Shown one piece after another: positions 19,214 through 29,823 of a stretch of DNA of 64,000 nucleotides. This DNA comes from Histomonas meleagridis 2922-C6/04-290x (lineage: Eukaryota; Protista; Parabasalia). The notes beneath the pieces were generated by a model that saw only the letters and a list, made by a program, of their open reading frames with translations, was not told the origin of the DNA and ran no database searches. Numbering within the stretch: position 1 is the stretch's first letter; the number at the start of each line of letters is the position of its first letter. The stretch spans positions 248,001 to 312,000 of the forward strand of contig JAANOX010000070.1 in NCBI GenBank assembly GCA_020184695.1. Direction: 5' to 3'. The position numbers and the translations under genes are program-made.

Positions 19214-21334
19214 ATGTCTCGTTTCTTTGTTGAATCAAGTAGTGACAATGATGAAGAAGATTTTGAAGAAGAAGAGGAAAAGAAGATTGCTGAAGAAGAA
19301 ACAAAGCCAGCAAAATCTTCTTTTTTTGATTCTACACCAACATATCGAGAAACAAAACGCACTTTTATGTCAGAAAAGCAAAAACGTTGGATTGAACTTC
19401 GTAATTCGTTAGATTCTGTATTAGATGAACTTGAGTTAGGAAATTATAAAAAATCTTATGAAAATTTCCAACAATTACAAAAAAGTTATTACAAAGCTAG
19501 CAAGGCAATTAAAGAAAATGGCCATCCTGATTTCTTTATTCGTTCAATGAGTGAAATTGTCACAAAAATTGAAGAATTGGTTGAAACCGAAAAAGAATTA
19601 AGGCGTTTTTCACAAGATCTTAAATCATTTTGCAAAGCCTTTAATGACATTCTCGAAGATTACAAGAAAAATCCAGATGATTTCCAAGAAGATGATTTCG
19701 ATACTATGGATGATTTTGATGAGGAAGAAGAAGAAACTGTTACCACCGGTAAATCTGGTGGAGGTGGTTGGTTCGTTAGTTCTGATGATGATGAAGCTGA
19801 CAATATCAAGAAGAAAGTTGAACAAGAAGCCAAACCTCATCAATCTGTTCGTAGGAAGGAAGTCAACTTTGCAGACTCTGTTGAAGCTCGTATTGATGCC
19901 GAATCCAACAAAGTAATTGATATCAATACAGTCAAAACCGAATTACCAGTCTTCACTAAAAAACGTGAAAGTGGTAAAGTTTCCACAACCACCCAACACC
20001 TTAGCGACATGTATGATGCCGTTGTTGGCCAAGACAAAGAACTTGCCAAAGCCGTTCAACTTGAGTTATGCCAAACGGTCTCCCCTCTATCGTCCAACTC
20101 ACCAATTCCGCTTCATGACTGGGAACTTGTTTTACGTTATTTACCCGATCTTAAAGATGAAGGCAAGACCCTTCTTACCCTTTTCGAGCGTCTTAATCAT
20201 GATTTTTGGGCACACTCTGTTGATCCACGACATTTATTTACACCTGACGTATCCAAACTTCATCAAATTGTACCCAAATTTATTGATTTACTTAAAGATA
20301 TTTCCGATTGTTTAATTAAAACTGGCGACAAATCATATGCAGCACGAATATATTTAATTTTAGAGGAACATCTTTATCATAAGGAAACAGAAGACATAAC
20401 ACCGTTAGCATATTTTGTCATTGAAGCAGCATCTACACCTGGTACATTTAGTGACGATGTCGCAATGGACATGAAAGCGCGCGCAGCATTATATCTATGT
20501 ATTAACTTAGCAGTACGTAAGCATCCGATTGAAGCATCGAAACTTTACAGTCGAATTCCATTAATTTCAAGTTCGAATCCGATCACACAAATCTTAGCAA
20601 ACAGAGCACTTGCATCTATTGGTATCGAAGCGTTCAAACAAGGATATTACTTAATAGCGCATCAATACTTATGCAAATTTAATCGATTAGAATATATCGC
20701 GAAGAACATTGGACAAGCACCAATAATATATCCGCCATGGTTAGTGATAGAGCCAAATTATCTTTTGTTACTGAACTATCTTTCAACTGTTTTATTAGAT
20801 TTGCCATATTTAACAGTAACTTCAAAGGCAGAAAACTTGTTAATCGATAATTCTTTACATAGGAAATTACAAAAGGTTCCAATAGTGTTCCATCCAGAGG
20901 CAATCCTTCAGAAAATTGTGTTGGCGATACATAAAGCTAAGAATGGCGATTGGAAAAACGCTTATAAAGTATTCAAAGATGACTTGTCAAAATATTATCC
21001 AAATCACGAAGGTTTCATTGAAAGTTTGAAACAAATTTCGATGACATGTTTCTTATTAACCGCTAACCAGTTTTATGACAACATTTCGGTTGAGGATTTG
21101 GCAAAAATGTTTGAATTAACCAATGAAAAAGTGACAGAAATTGTGAAAGGAATGATCGGCGGTAATGGACCAATAGAAAATGCGAAAATAGAATTTAACG
21201 GTCAGCTTGATGGTAATAATTTCATTATATTCGAACAAACAGAGGTGGAAAGCCCATTGGTGGGTTATGGACAGATGATCAGTTATAGATCAGACATTAT
21301 AGCATCGAAACTGAATGGAAAATCTGAACTTTGA
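19214..21334 (+). CDS. EIF3C: Eukaryotic translation initiation factor 3 subunit C (NIP1)
   Basis: Start MSRFF followed by an acidic tract. KRTFMSEKQKRWIELRN and GHPDFFIR match the eIF3c N-terminal domain. QILANRALASIGIEAF and a C-terminal PCI domain (YDNISVEDLAKMFEL). Confidence 0.88.
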   Translation: MSRFFVESSSDNDEEDFEEEEEKKIAEEETKPAKSSFFDSTPTYRETKRTFMSEKQKRWIELRNSLDSVLDELELGNYKKSYENFQQLQKSYYKASKAIKENGHPDFFIRSMSEIVTKIEELVETEKELRRFSQDLKSFCKAFNDILEDYKKNPDDFQEDDFDTMDDFDEEEEETVTTGKSGGGGWFVSSDDDEADNIKKKVEQEAKPHQSVRRKEVNFADSVEARIDAESNKVIDINTVKTELPVFTKKRESGKVSTTTQHLSDMYDAVVGQDKELAKAVQLELCQTVSPLSSNSPIPLHDWELVLRYLPDLKDEGKTLLTLFERLNHDFWAHSVDPRHLFTPDVSKLHQIVPKFIDLLKDISDCLIKTGDKSYAARIYLILEEHLYHKETEDITPLAYFVIEAASTPGTFSDDVAMDMKARAALYLCINLAVRKHPIEASKLYSRIPLISSSNPITQILANRALASIGIEAFKQGYYLIAHQYLCKFNRLEYIAKNIGQAPIIYPPWLVIEPNYLLLLNYLSTVLLDLPYLTVTSKAENLLIDNSLHRKLQKVPIVFHPEAILQKIVLAIHKAKNGDWKNAYKVFKDDLSKYYPNHEGFIESLKQISMTCFLLTANQFYDNISVEDLAKMFELTNEKVTEIVKGMIGGNGPIENAKIEFNGQLDGNNFIIFEQTEVESPLVGYGQMISYRSDIIASKLNGKSEL

Positions 21335-22133
21335 ATAAAGCTTCTTCTGAAATAAATATTTAATTATTTAATTAGTTATTAGATGTCATCCACTGATAAT
21401 ATTTCCATACATTTAATGATCTTTTTTATGTTGAAAGTATTTCTTAAATTAAATTGATGGAAAATATTTTGGGTAAAAATAATAATTTTATAAGCAAAGG
21501 TAAACACCAAAAATCTGCGTCATTATCCTAATGGTATATTAAATATGAAATATTTTATATTTATTTTACACTGCATAAAATCATCATTAGAATCAATTGT
21601 CTTTAATCTCAACAAAAAAAAAAATTCGAAACGTCAGTTCAGGCAACAATTAATTTATTTGTAGATAGGCTACCGTCATCTGTACACTATCGACAGAAGT
21701 GCGGTACACTAAATCCGAGCTATAGTTTTTAAATGGAAATAATTAATTTAAAAAGAAAAGCCAACATGTAAATGAATAACGAAGGTTTTATAAATAGAAA
21801 TAAATATATGTATTTGGAGCAAATTAATCGTGATTTGAACGATAATGATCAACACAAGTTGATGATGAAGTAGTTGTTATTAAGAACACGTATCAAGAAA
21901 TATTACGTTACTGAAATGTTATAAATCTGTAATCATTTTAATGAATAAGAAAAAAAAAAATTTAATCATTCGACAAGATATTATTATTTTATTAAAATTG
22001 AATGCTGTTGTAATTTGATTCCTCAGTTTACGTTTGTTTGATGAGCGCTCCTTCCGCATCTTTTTATACAAAACAATGATTAACAAAAACGGAAAAATAT
22101 TTTAATACTACATTTTAACATATTTATTATAAC

Positions 22134-22505
22134 TCAAATCCATTGGTCCTCATCTTCCGTTTTCAAACTATTAAATTCATCGTTGGCATTTTCGTGATTT
22201 CCTTCGGTATTTGATGACATATTATTATTTATATTTGATAACGATTTTGTTTTCGTTGTTTGTTTCTTATTTCTCTTCAACATAAATACATAACAAAAGA
22301 AATTCCTCAATAAAAAATAAAATATTTTATAATTTTGCGCATAAATGAATAATTTCTTCATTTCCACTTGCAACTGCATATTATATTTGCCTGTATTTTC
22401 TATATTGGCACCATTCATAAGTAAATATTTTAAACATTTAACAGAAGAAAAAAATGCTGCATAATCGATTAATGTAACATCTTCTTTATTGTTTACTTTA
22501 CACAT
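22134..22505 (-). pseudogene. Chimeric relic: DUF3447-type ankyrin fragment joined to a BspA-type cytoplasmic tail
   Basis: LIDYAAFFSSVKCLKYLLMNGA is followed by YAVASGNEEIIHLC in another frame, shifted by a 5-bp tandem duplication (aatat aatat). The ORF ends with the tail KTEDEDQWI. Confidence 0.62.
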
Positions 22506-22804
22506 TTGTAAATAAATAATAAAGAAGTGGCTTGACTTAAATCAATTAAAAGTTTACGGCGCGCTCAAAAAGTGTTACCGCATAATACCAATGCAAGTAA
22601 TCACAATATAAGTAGTACACTTACTTAGTATGTTTACTAAAACTAAGTTATATAACAATAATAATTTTTACAAAAGTTTTACAAAAACAAAAGGCGCAAT
22701 ACTAAAATTAAAGTTGGAAGAAAATAACGATGTGACGTTGAATCGATTATACAAAAAATGAGAAAATTTAGAACATACTATATATTATTATTTATTTATC
22801 TAAA

Positions 22805-24700
22805 TCACATTTGCTCAATGAATTTCTCTTCTTTGAAGTCATCTGCAAATGGATCTTCTTCAATATTTGAGATAGATATTCCTGTTGTGAATGTGTTTGT
22901 AGTTTGGTTATTATCATTTTGTTGTTCTGAAACTTCATTTTCATCAATTTCTTCTTTTTTATTTTTAATTCGTATCAATAATATAATCAGTAATGAAATT
23001 ATAATAATAATAATAACAATAACACAAACGATTATTATGATAATTGTTGTTTTGTTGTCATTTGTTTGAAATTCATTGCTATAAATAAATGTAAAGAAGT
23101 TCGAATAATAAATATAATAAGTTGAATAAATAATAACTGTGTAATCATAATATATAAATTCTGTTTCAATATAAACATTCGATGAATTAATTGCAATTAG
23201 TGAAAGTGATTTTGTTTGTATTTCATAATAAGTAAATGAATGCGTAAATGATAATGTGATCGTTAATAGATATGAAAAAGATTTCGTTAAATCATTTTGA
23301 AATGATTCAGTAAATGTATTCGATTTTGAATATGTATTACTACGACTGAATGTATTTGACATAGAATATGTATTACTTTTGCTAAGTGTGTGCGATTGAA
23401 AAAATGTATTTGATTGAGAAAATGTATATGATGCTGAAAATGAAAGTGTTGGAATTGGTTTGCAATTTCCTTCTGCATATGATTTGATAACTTTTAATGA
23501 TCCAAAGTTACTTCCTATATATGTTGGATATGTTATAACTGTTGCTGTAACATTATAAAATGCATTTGCTCCAATATTTGGTTCTGTATCACCATAATAA
23601 TAAATACATTCAAGTGCATTACAATTACCAAATGCTGAACCTCCAATTTCTTTTATTCCATACCCAAGTGTTAATATAATTAAATTAGAACATAATGAAA
23701 ATGCTGAAACACCAATCGATGTGACTGAATTCGGTATTGTAATGTTTTTGATTGATGAACATAATGAAAACGCTGATTCACCAATTGTTGTAACATTTCC
23801 TCCAAAAATAATCGTTTCTAAATGTGAACATAATGAAAATGCTGAACCACCAATATCTAATATAGAATTACCAAAATTAACTGAAATAACTAACGGCCAT
23901 CCTGAAAATGCACCACTTGGAATGGTATAAATTCCTTCACGAATATTTATAAATTTCGTGATGCTTTTATATTGTTCAATTTCAGTAAAATCACTTGAGT
24001 TTGTTATTGTTAATGTTAAATTATTATCATAAAATAATTGAAAAGAATTTATGAAAAATACAACAAAAATTATAACATTTTTATGTTTTTTCTTTTCGCA
24101 TGTTTTCAATTTGTAGTTGGTCAAAAAAAAATTATGTGGAAACAGTGGTTTTTTCTGAAAAAAATTGATATAAACCACCACAATCATCATTGAAAAAATA
24201 GCGGTTAAATGAGCATAAACATTGAATTTAAATGGTCGGTCTGTTTTATCGTTTTGCATCAATGGAAAACAAAGAAATTCAAACTGGTTTAAAGACATAT
24301 CCCCATAATGCATATTCAAAGGTTGTGTTGATATATTGTTTTCAATAGGCATACTAGCTATAAAGAACTCATTTTGTGTAATTGTAAAATATGATGCAAG
24401 GAATTTTATTTTGTCATAAAAGAACTGAAGTATTTCTGATGTACACTTGCTGTCAGTCAAGAAATTTGAAAATATACTTGTTTTAAAGAAAGTAGAATTA
24501 ATGTTAAATATATCAAAATTCGCATGCTTAATTCCAAAGACTGGAACTTCTACATTGTATGTATGAGTGGGCCTTTCTTTGCTTAGGATCTTTTTCATAT
24601 TTGATATTTTTGTAGTTGTAAAAAATGGAATTCCTGGTATTGTATCGGATGTAAATTGCTTTATTATGCCTGAAATGAACAGCAAACGAAGAATTTTCAT
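22805..24700 (-). CDS. BspA-like (TpLRR) surface protein with N-terminal extension, S/T stalk, TM and acidic tail
   Basis: LRR units ITIPNSVTSIGVSAFSLCSNL and IFGGNVTTIGESAFSLCSSI. SxSNTF repeats, TM IIIIIVCVIVIIIIIISLLIILLI, tail EDPFADDFKEEKFIEQM. Intact 631-aa ORF from the ATG at 24700. Confidence 0.85.
   Translation of the reverse strand: MKILRLLFISGIIKQFTSDTIPGIPFFTTTKISNMKKILSKERPTHTYNVEVPVFGIKHANFDIFNINSTFFKTSIFSNFLTDSKCTSEILQFFYDKIKFLASYFTITQNEFFIASMPIENNISTQPLNMHYGDMSLNQFEFLCFPLMQNDKTDRPFKFNVYAHLTAIFSMMIVVVYINFFQKKPLFPHNFFLTNYKLKTCEKKKHKNVIIFVVFFINSFQLFYDNNLTLTITNSSDFTEIEQYKSITKFINIREGIYTIPSGAFSGWPLVISVNFGNSILDIGGSAFSLCSHLETIIFGGNVTTIGESAFSLCSSIKNITIPNSVTSIGVSAFSLCSNLIILTLGYGIKEIGGSAFGNCNALECIYYYGDTEPNIGANAFYNVTATVITYPTYIGSNFGSLKVIKSYAEGNCKPIPTLSFSASYTFSQSNTFFQSHTLSKSNTYSMSNTFSRSNTYSKSNTFTESFQNDLTKSFSYLLTITLSFTHSFTYYEIQTKSLSLIAINSSNVYIETEFIYYDYTVIIYSTYYIYYSNFFTFIYSNEFQTNDNKTTIIIIIVCVIVIIIIIISLLIILLIRIKNKKEEIDENEVSEQQNDNNQTTNTFTTGISISNIEEDPFADDFKEEKFIEQM
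23403..24114. repeat. LRR cassette direct repeat copy 1 (712 bp)
   Basis: By visual comparison identical to 26119-26832 except T5 vs T7 and one substitution near the left edge. Confidence 0.93.
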
Positions 24701-25568
24701 ACTTCAAGATCTAATATAGTTGAAGGCCTTTACTAAATACACATCGGCCAATACAAAAGTTAAAAATCATACGGTTAATATGTAAAAAATTTGTTGTTTA
24801 ATTGAAGTTTTTCAATTGAACCTAAAATTTGTTTGTTTCAATATTTAAAGACACCAGGAAAAGATAATACATTTAATGCTTGCAAATGCACTTTTAAATA
24901 ATATAATGAATGGATGTGTTAGAGCTGAGTTTGCTGATTAAAATGATATATCTTTGTTGTTGTTGAGCACTTTTTATAGTATTAAATTTCATGATTTTTA
25001 AGAGATATGCGTTTTATTCTTTTTATGTTAATATATTTTGCGTGATACTGGTAAATATGAATAAGTTAAACACATTCTAACATACATTCGAGATATTATG
25101 TATAATTAAGTGATATATTGCAAAGATAAACATATTGTATGCTAATACATAGCAAATAAAGTTATATCACAAACTCCTTGTTACTTCTATATTGATGGTG
25201 ATTCTTAATAGATTGATTCTAATTATCTTTAAATATAATATTTTGAGGTATGAATGTTTTTCATATAAATAAAATATTTTTCCATTAATGTTTTGTAAAG
25301 TAACTTAATGATTTATATCATTTACATTTAACATTTAATACTAAACGAAATATTTCTATTGTAAACTACAAATCATTTTGTAAATGAATAATATGATTCC
25401 GTTTGATCTTTAGAATGTTACATCAACAATATTCAGCATTTTCGATGTTTTCATTGTTGATTATATCAAAGTGATAATCGATTAATATTTCTCATTGCGA
25501 ATCATTTCATAGTTTTTATTTAAATTAAAAATATATCAATTAAAAATATATTTTTATTTTAAATTAAA

Positions 25569-27325
25569 TCACAGCCAATTGTCTTCATCTTCTTTAACAA
25601 TATCTTCAACTAAAGTATTGACATCTTCCTTTTGATTTAAACTTGATGTAGTTGAATCTTTAAATTGTAATGTTGAAGTCGATTTTCCTTTTTTGTTATT
25701 ATTTTTAATTAAGAATATAACAATTCCAACAATTATTAAAACTAATGCAATTGATCCGCAAACAATTCCAATCAATGCATTCATTGTAAGTCCATTCGTA
25801 TGTAAAATGTTCGTGCGAAACATTGTAATGAAATTTGAATAATAATTGTAATATGTCGAATACATAATAACTGTGTAATCATAATAAAGAAATTCCGTTT
25901 CGATATAAGAAAATGTTGAATTAAATATGGATAATGAAAGTGACCTTGTTTGCGTTTCATAATATGTAAATGAATATGCAATTGTCAATGTATACGTTAA
26001 TGCATATGAAAACGAAAATGTGAAATCGCTTTGAAACGATTGAGTGAATGTATTTGACTGTGAATATGTGTTACTACAACTGAATGTATTTGACTGTGAA
26101 TATGTGTTACTTCGACTGAATGTATTTGATTGAGAATATGTATATGATGCTGAAAATGAAAGTGTTGGAATTGGTTTGCAATTTCCTTCTGCATATGATT
26201 TGATAACTTTTAATGATCCAAAGTTACTTCCTATATATGTTGGATATGTTATAACTGTTGCTGTAACATTATAAAATGCATTTGCTCCAATATTTGGTTC
26301 TGTATCACCATAATAATAAATACATTCAAGTGCATTACAATTACCAAATGCTGAACCTCCAATTTCTTTTATTCCATACCCAAGTGTTAATATAATTAAA
26401 TTAGAACATAATGAAAATGCTGAAACACCAATCGATGTGACTGAATTCGGTATTGTAATGTTTTTTTGATTGATGAACATAATGAAAACGCTGATTCACC
26501 AATTGTTGTAACATTTCCTCCAAAAATAATCGTTTCTAAATGTGAACATAATGAAAATGCTGAACCACCAATATCTAATATAGAATTACCAAAATTAACT
26601 GAAATAACTAACGGCCATCCTGAAAATGCACCACTTGGAATGGTATAAATTCCTTCACGAATATTTATAAATTTCGTGATGCTTTTATATTGTTCAATTT
26701 CAGTAAAATCACTTGAGTTTGTTATTGTTAATGTTAAATTATTATCATAAAATAATTGAAAAGAATTTATGAAAAATACAACAAAAATTATAACATTTTT
26801 ATGTTTTTTCTTTTCGCATGTTTTCAATTTGTTAAGTAAAAATTTAATTTCATAACATAAAAAAAATCCCAAAATAAAAAAGTAACGCATTAGAGTTTGA
26901 ACATTTTCATTGAATTTGAACATTTTCTTTATGAAACTATTATTCATTGGCATTGCTAAATGTGCTTTTAATGAAAAATGATTAAGTACTAAAGAAAAGA
27001 ATTGGAAACAATGTTTAACGTATGAAATAGGTAATTCTAGCAAAGGGGAATGGCACTGACATCTTCTTGTGCTGATATTAAATGGATTCAATTCATTATC
27101 TTTTAGCATAATAAAATTGGTGACTTTGATGGATACATTCTTTTTATTAAGGCATGAGAATGTAAAGTATGTCTCCCACTTGGATTTTAAAGTAAGGCAA
27201 GGGGAGTACTGGTGAGTTTGAGAAATAGATAATTGATCACTAAAAATCTTGGAGCATAAGTTTTTTGGTGAGGTTTGTAATAAGCAAAAGAAATGTATGG
27301 GAAAAACCAAGATGAAATAACACAT
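25569..27325 (-). pseudogene. BspA-like surface protein, frameshifted at a homopolymer
   Basis: ATG at 27325 with signal-like MCYFILVFPIHFFCLLQTS. Same LRR block as the neighbouring gene, with a 2-nt expansion at 26461-26467 splitting it into track ORFs 26396-27334 and 25569-26480. TM ALIGIVCGSIALVLIIVGIVIFLI; tail KEDEDNWL. Confidence 0.85.
26119..26832. repeat. LRR cassette direct repeat copy 2 (714 bp)
   Basis: See copy 1. The offset changes from 2716 to 2718 across the T-run. Confidence 0.93.
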
Positions 27326-27579
27326 TCGTGCCAAAACTTGAGAAACTTGCTAATAAATCAGTCAAATACGATACAGAAAGCTTCAACCGCTTCTTCTTTT
27401 CGTCAGTTCATTTGTATAACTTTTACTGAAACGCGTTTTATTGTTTTTGCAATCGGAAGATGTTCACAAAGCTGAAACGTAATGGTATTAATGAAAAGTG
27501 ACAGAAAGTTCCTTATTCAAATTGTCGAAGAAGACAAAAAAATGAAAGAAAGAAAATGATATCGTTTAGCATCAAAATC

Positions 27580-27990
27580 ATTCAACACCTGAAGAATCAT
27601 ATGAAGCATCAATTAAATTTCATCGAAATGATATCTTTAAATATATTTAAAGATGGAAATTATTAAAAAAAAATTTAATTGAAAAAAATATTATCAAAAT
27701 ATTTGATCCAAAGTATCTTAAATATAATAGAAATGGGTACGCATATGGAGAAACTTATCCTTTCTTGGATTATTTCATGGACAAATTATATGAAAATATT
27801 TCAAAAGATGGTTATGTACTTGATAAGGAGAAATGAAATTTTTAAAAATAATTCGAAATGTAAGACATAAGGAAAGGATTGTATACTGATAGTTTTTTTA
27901 ATAACGAAGGCTTGCGTTTTTGTGTTGAAATTGATCGTTTTGGATTGAGAAGGCATTCAAAAAACCGCTACGATGTGGAGGTTATAATCA
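27580..27990 (+). pseudogene. Decayed DUF3447/ankyrin-type gene remnant
   Basis: ESYEASIKFHRNDIFKYI* resembles the trichomonad ankyrin-protein motif ESIKCHHNDIANYI. Contains stops and includes dispersed repeat copy B. Confidence 0.42.
27917..27964 (+). repeat. Dispersed repeat copy B
   Basis: tttttgtgttgaaattgatcgttttggattgagaaggcattcaaaaaa; 2 mismatches to copy A. Confidence 0.9.
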
Positions 27991-28259
27991 TGATTATGTT
28001 AATGTTAAGCATTTTTAATTGAATTATTTTCATTGAAATTTTCCATCGTTTTTTTACAACGAGGAATTACCCTTTGCCGATTAAAAATCAAACAAAACCA
28101 ATCGGAAAAATCCGATATGTTCAATTCCTTTCAATTGCGGGCGGTTCCTTTAGCGCACCCGTATTATTTTATAATCTTAACGTTTATATTATTTTGCACA
28201 AAAAAACTGAAAATCAAAAACAAAATAAAAATTAGATTAGGGGAGAAGTCCCGGGGTTT

Positions 28260-28832
28260 TTACCAATAACGGCGGCCATATTGGAAGCTCATGTATTGGA
28301 TTCCTGTTGTCTTAACAACATCACCTGAGTGTGGTGCATGGATGCAGTTTCCAGAGCCGACATAGATACCAACATGGGAAACTGGGCTGTAGAAGCAGCA
28401 GACATCACCTGGCAAAAGGTTAGCTTGTGTAACTTTTGTACCACTTTGTGATTGAGCACTTGCGGTTCTTGGGATTGAGATACCAACTTGAGCATGGCAC
28501 CATTGTGTTAAACCAGAGCAGTCGAATGTGTTTGGACCAGCTGCACCATAAACATATGAGCATCCAAGCTTGGATTTAGCATAAGAAACGATTGTATCAC
28601 CAACTGAGTTTGAGGATTGAGCAACTTTTACGAATTGAGCACGGACATATGCATCATGGCCACGGAGATCGATTTTGATCCATTGTGAAGTTTGTTCCTT
28701 GATTGTAACCTTTGTTCCTTTAACGAGAAGAGCGATTGGCCTTGGGAACTTTGTTGATTTGAAGACAGGGGCATTCTTTGTGATAACACCAGTAAGTGTT
28801 GCACTGCAAGCAGCAAGAAGGAAGCTTAACAT
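28260..28832 (-). CDS. Secreted SH3b-NlpC/P60 peptidoglycan endopeptidase of bacterial type
   Basis: Short signal MLSFLLAACSA. SH3b-like LVKGTKVTIKEQTSQWIKI...AYVRAQFV. NlpC/P60 motifs YVYGAAGPNTFDCSGLTQW, LLPGD, SHVGIYVG and IHA give an intact Cys-His-His triad. Inr TCATT upstream. Confidence 0.95.
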   Translation of the reverse strand: MLSFLLAACSATLTGVITKNAPVFKSTKFPRPIALLVKGTKVTIKEQTSQWIKIDLRGHDAYVRAQFVKVAQSSNSVGDTIVSYAKSKLGCSYVYGAAGPNTFDCSGLTQWCHAQVGISIPRTASAQSQSGTKVTQANLLPGDVCCFYSPVSHVGIYVGSGNCIHAPHSGDVVKTTGIQYMSFQYGRRYW

Positions 28833-29823
28833 TAGAATGAACTTATTTTCTGTGCCATTGAATTCTTGTCATCTGACAGATCCCAAGGCGGTTTTATTTG
28901 TCAAATGACACTTGTCCATTCAAAAAGTGGAAGGAATGCATCAAATTATCGGAGCTATGATGCAAGAGTACAGTTGTGCAAAGGGTAATTTTATCCCTTT
29001 TCAAAAAAACTGATCATTTGATCGGCTCGTCTTAAAAAATTTTGAATGATGGTGTATTGAATTTTGTGCGTTTTCTAAACGAAAAAAGTGTAGTTTGAGT
29101 TCACATTTCCCCAAACGAAGTCTTTTTTAAAAGAAAATTTTATAATCGTTTTTTAGCATTTTGAAGGGTTTCTCATTACCAATTTGCTTATCTATCCTTT
29201 AGTATTTGGAGGACAAAGCTGACTTTTTGGGATTTAAAATTAATTTGATTGAATGCATCAAATTATTATGTATTACCAAATAAAATACGCTTTGGTACAA
29301 AAGCTTCGATTGGAACCTTTGCATGAACTTTGCTTTTAAATTTATCGATATCTTAATCAAATAAATTAACTTAACTTTTATGCATTCCGATTTTGTTTTA
29401 TTTTTTTTAATTCTGTAAACGCTAGCGCTTATGTAATCAAAACATTTATATGTATATATAAATCCTGAATACCTTGTTACATTTTTGAAAACCCTTATTG
29501 TATTATTTGGAATTTCAGGTTTGTAATCGATAATTTAAGGTCCATCAAATTAATAAGTGTACACAAAAGAAAAAAGATAAAAATGTGAAATTGTTCTTTG
29601 ATAATTTGTTAAGATATGTGCTGATATTTCGGTAACAAAGAGATAACCTTCCAATGAAAATAAGTATCAAAAATCTAATCAAAAATTCTTGGAAAGAAAA
29701 TATGTGTTGGGTTTATCCACTGGGACTGAATAGCGACCGTTTTTTTACCCATACAGTGATAACAATGTAAACTATTTAATATTGACTGTGAAATTGTTTT
29801 TTTGAAAAGCAAATCCACAACAA

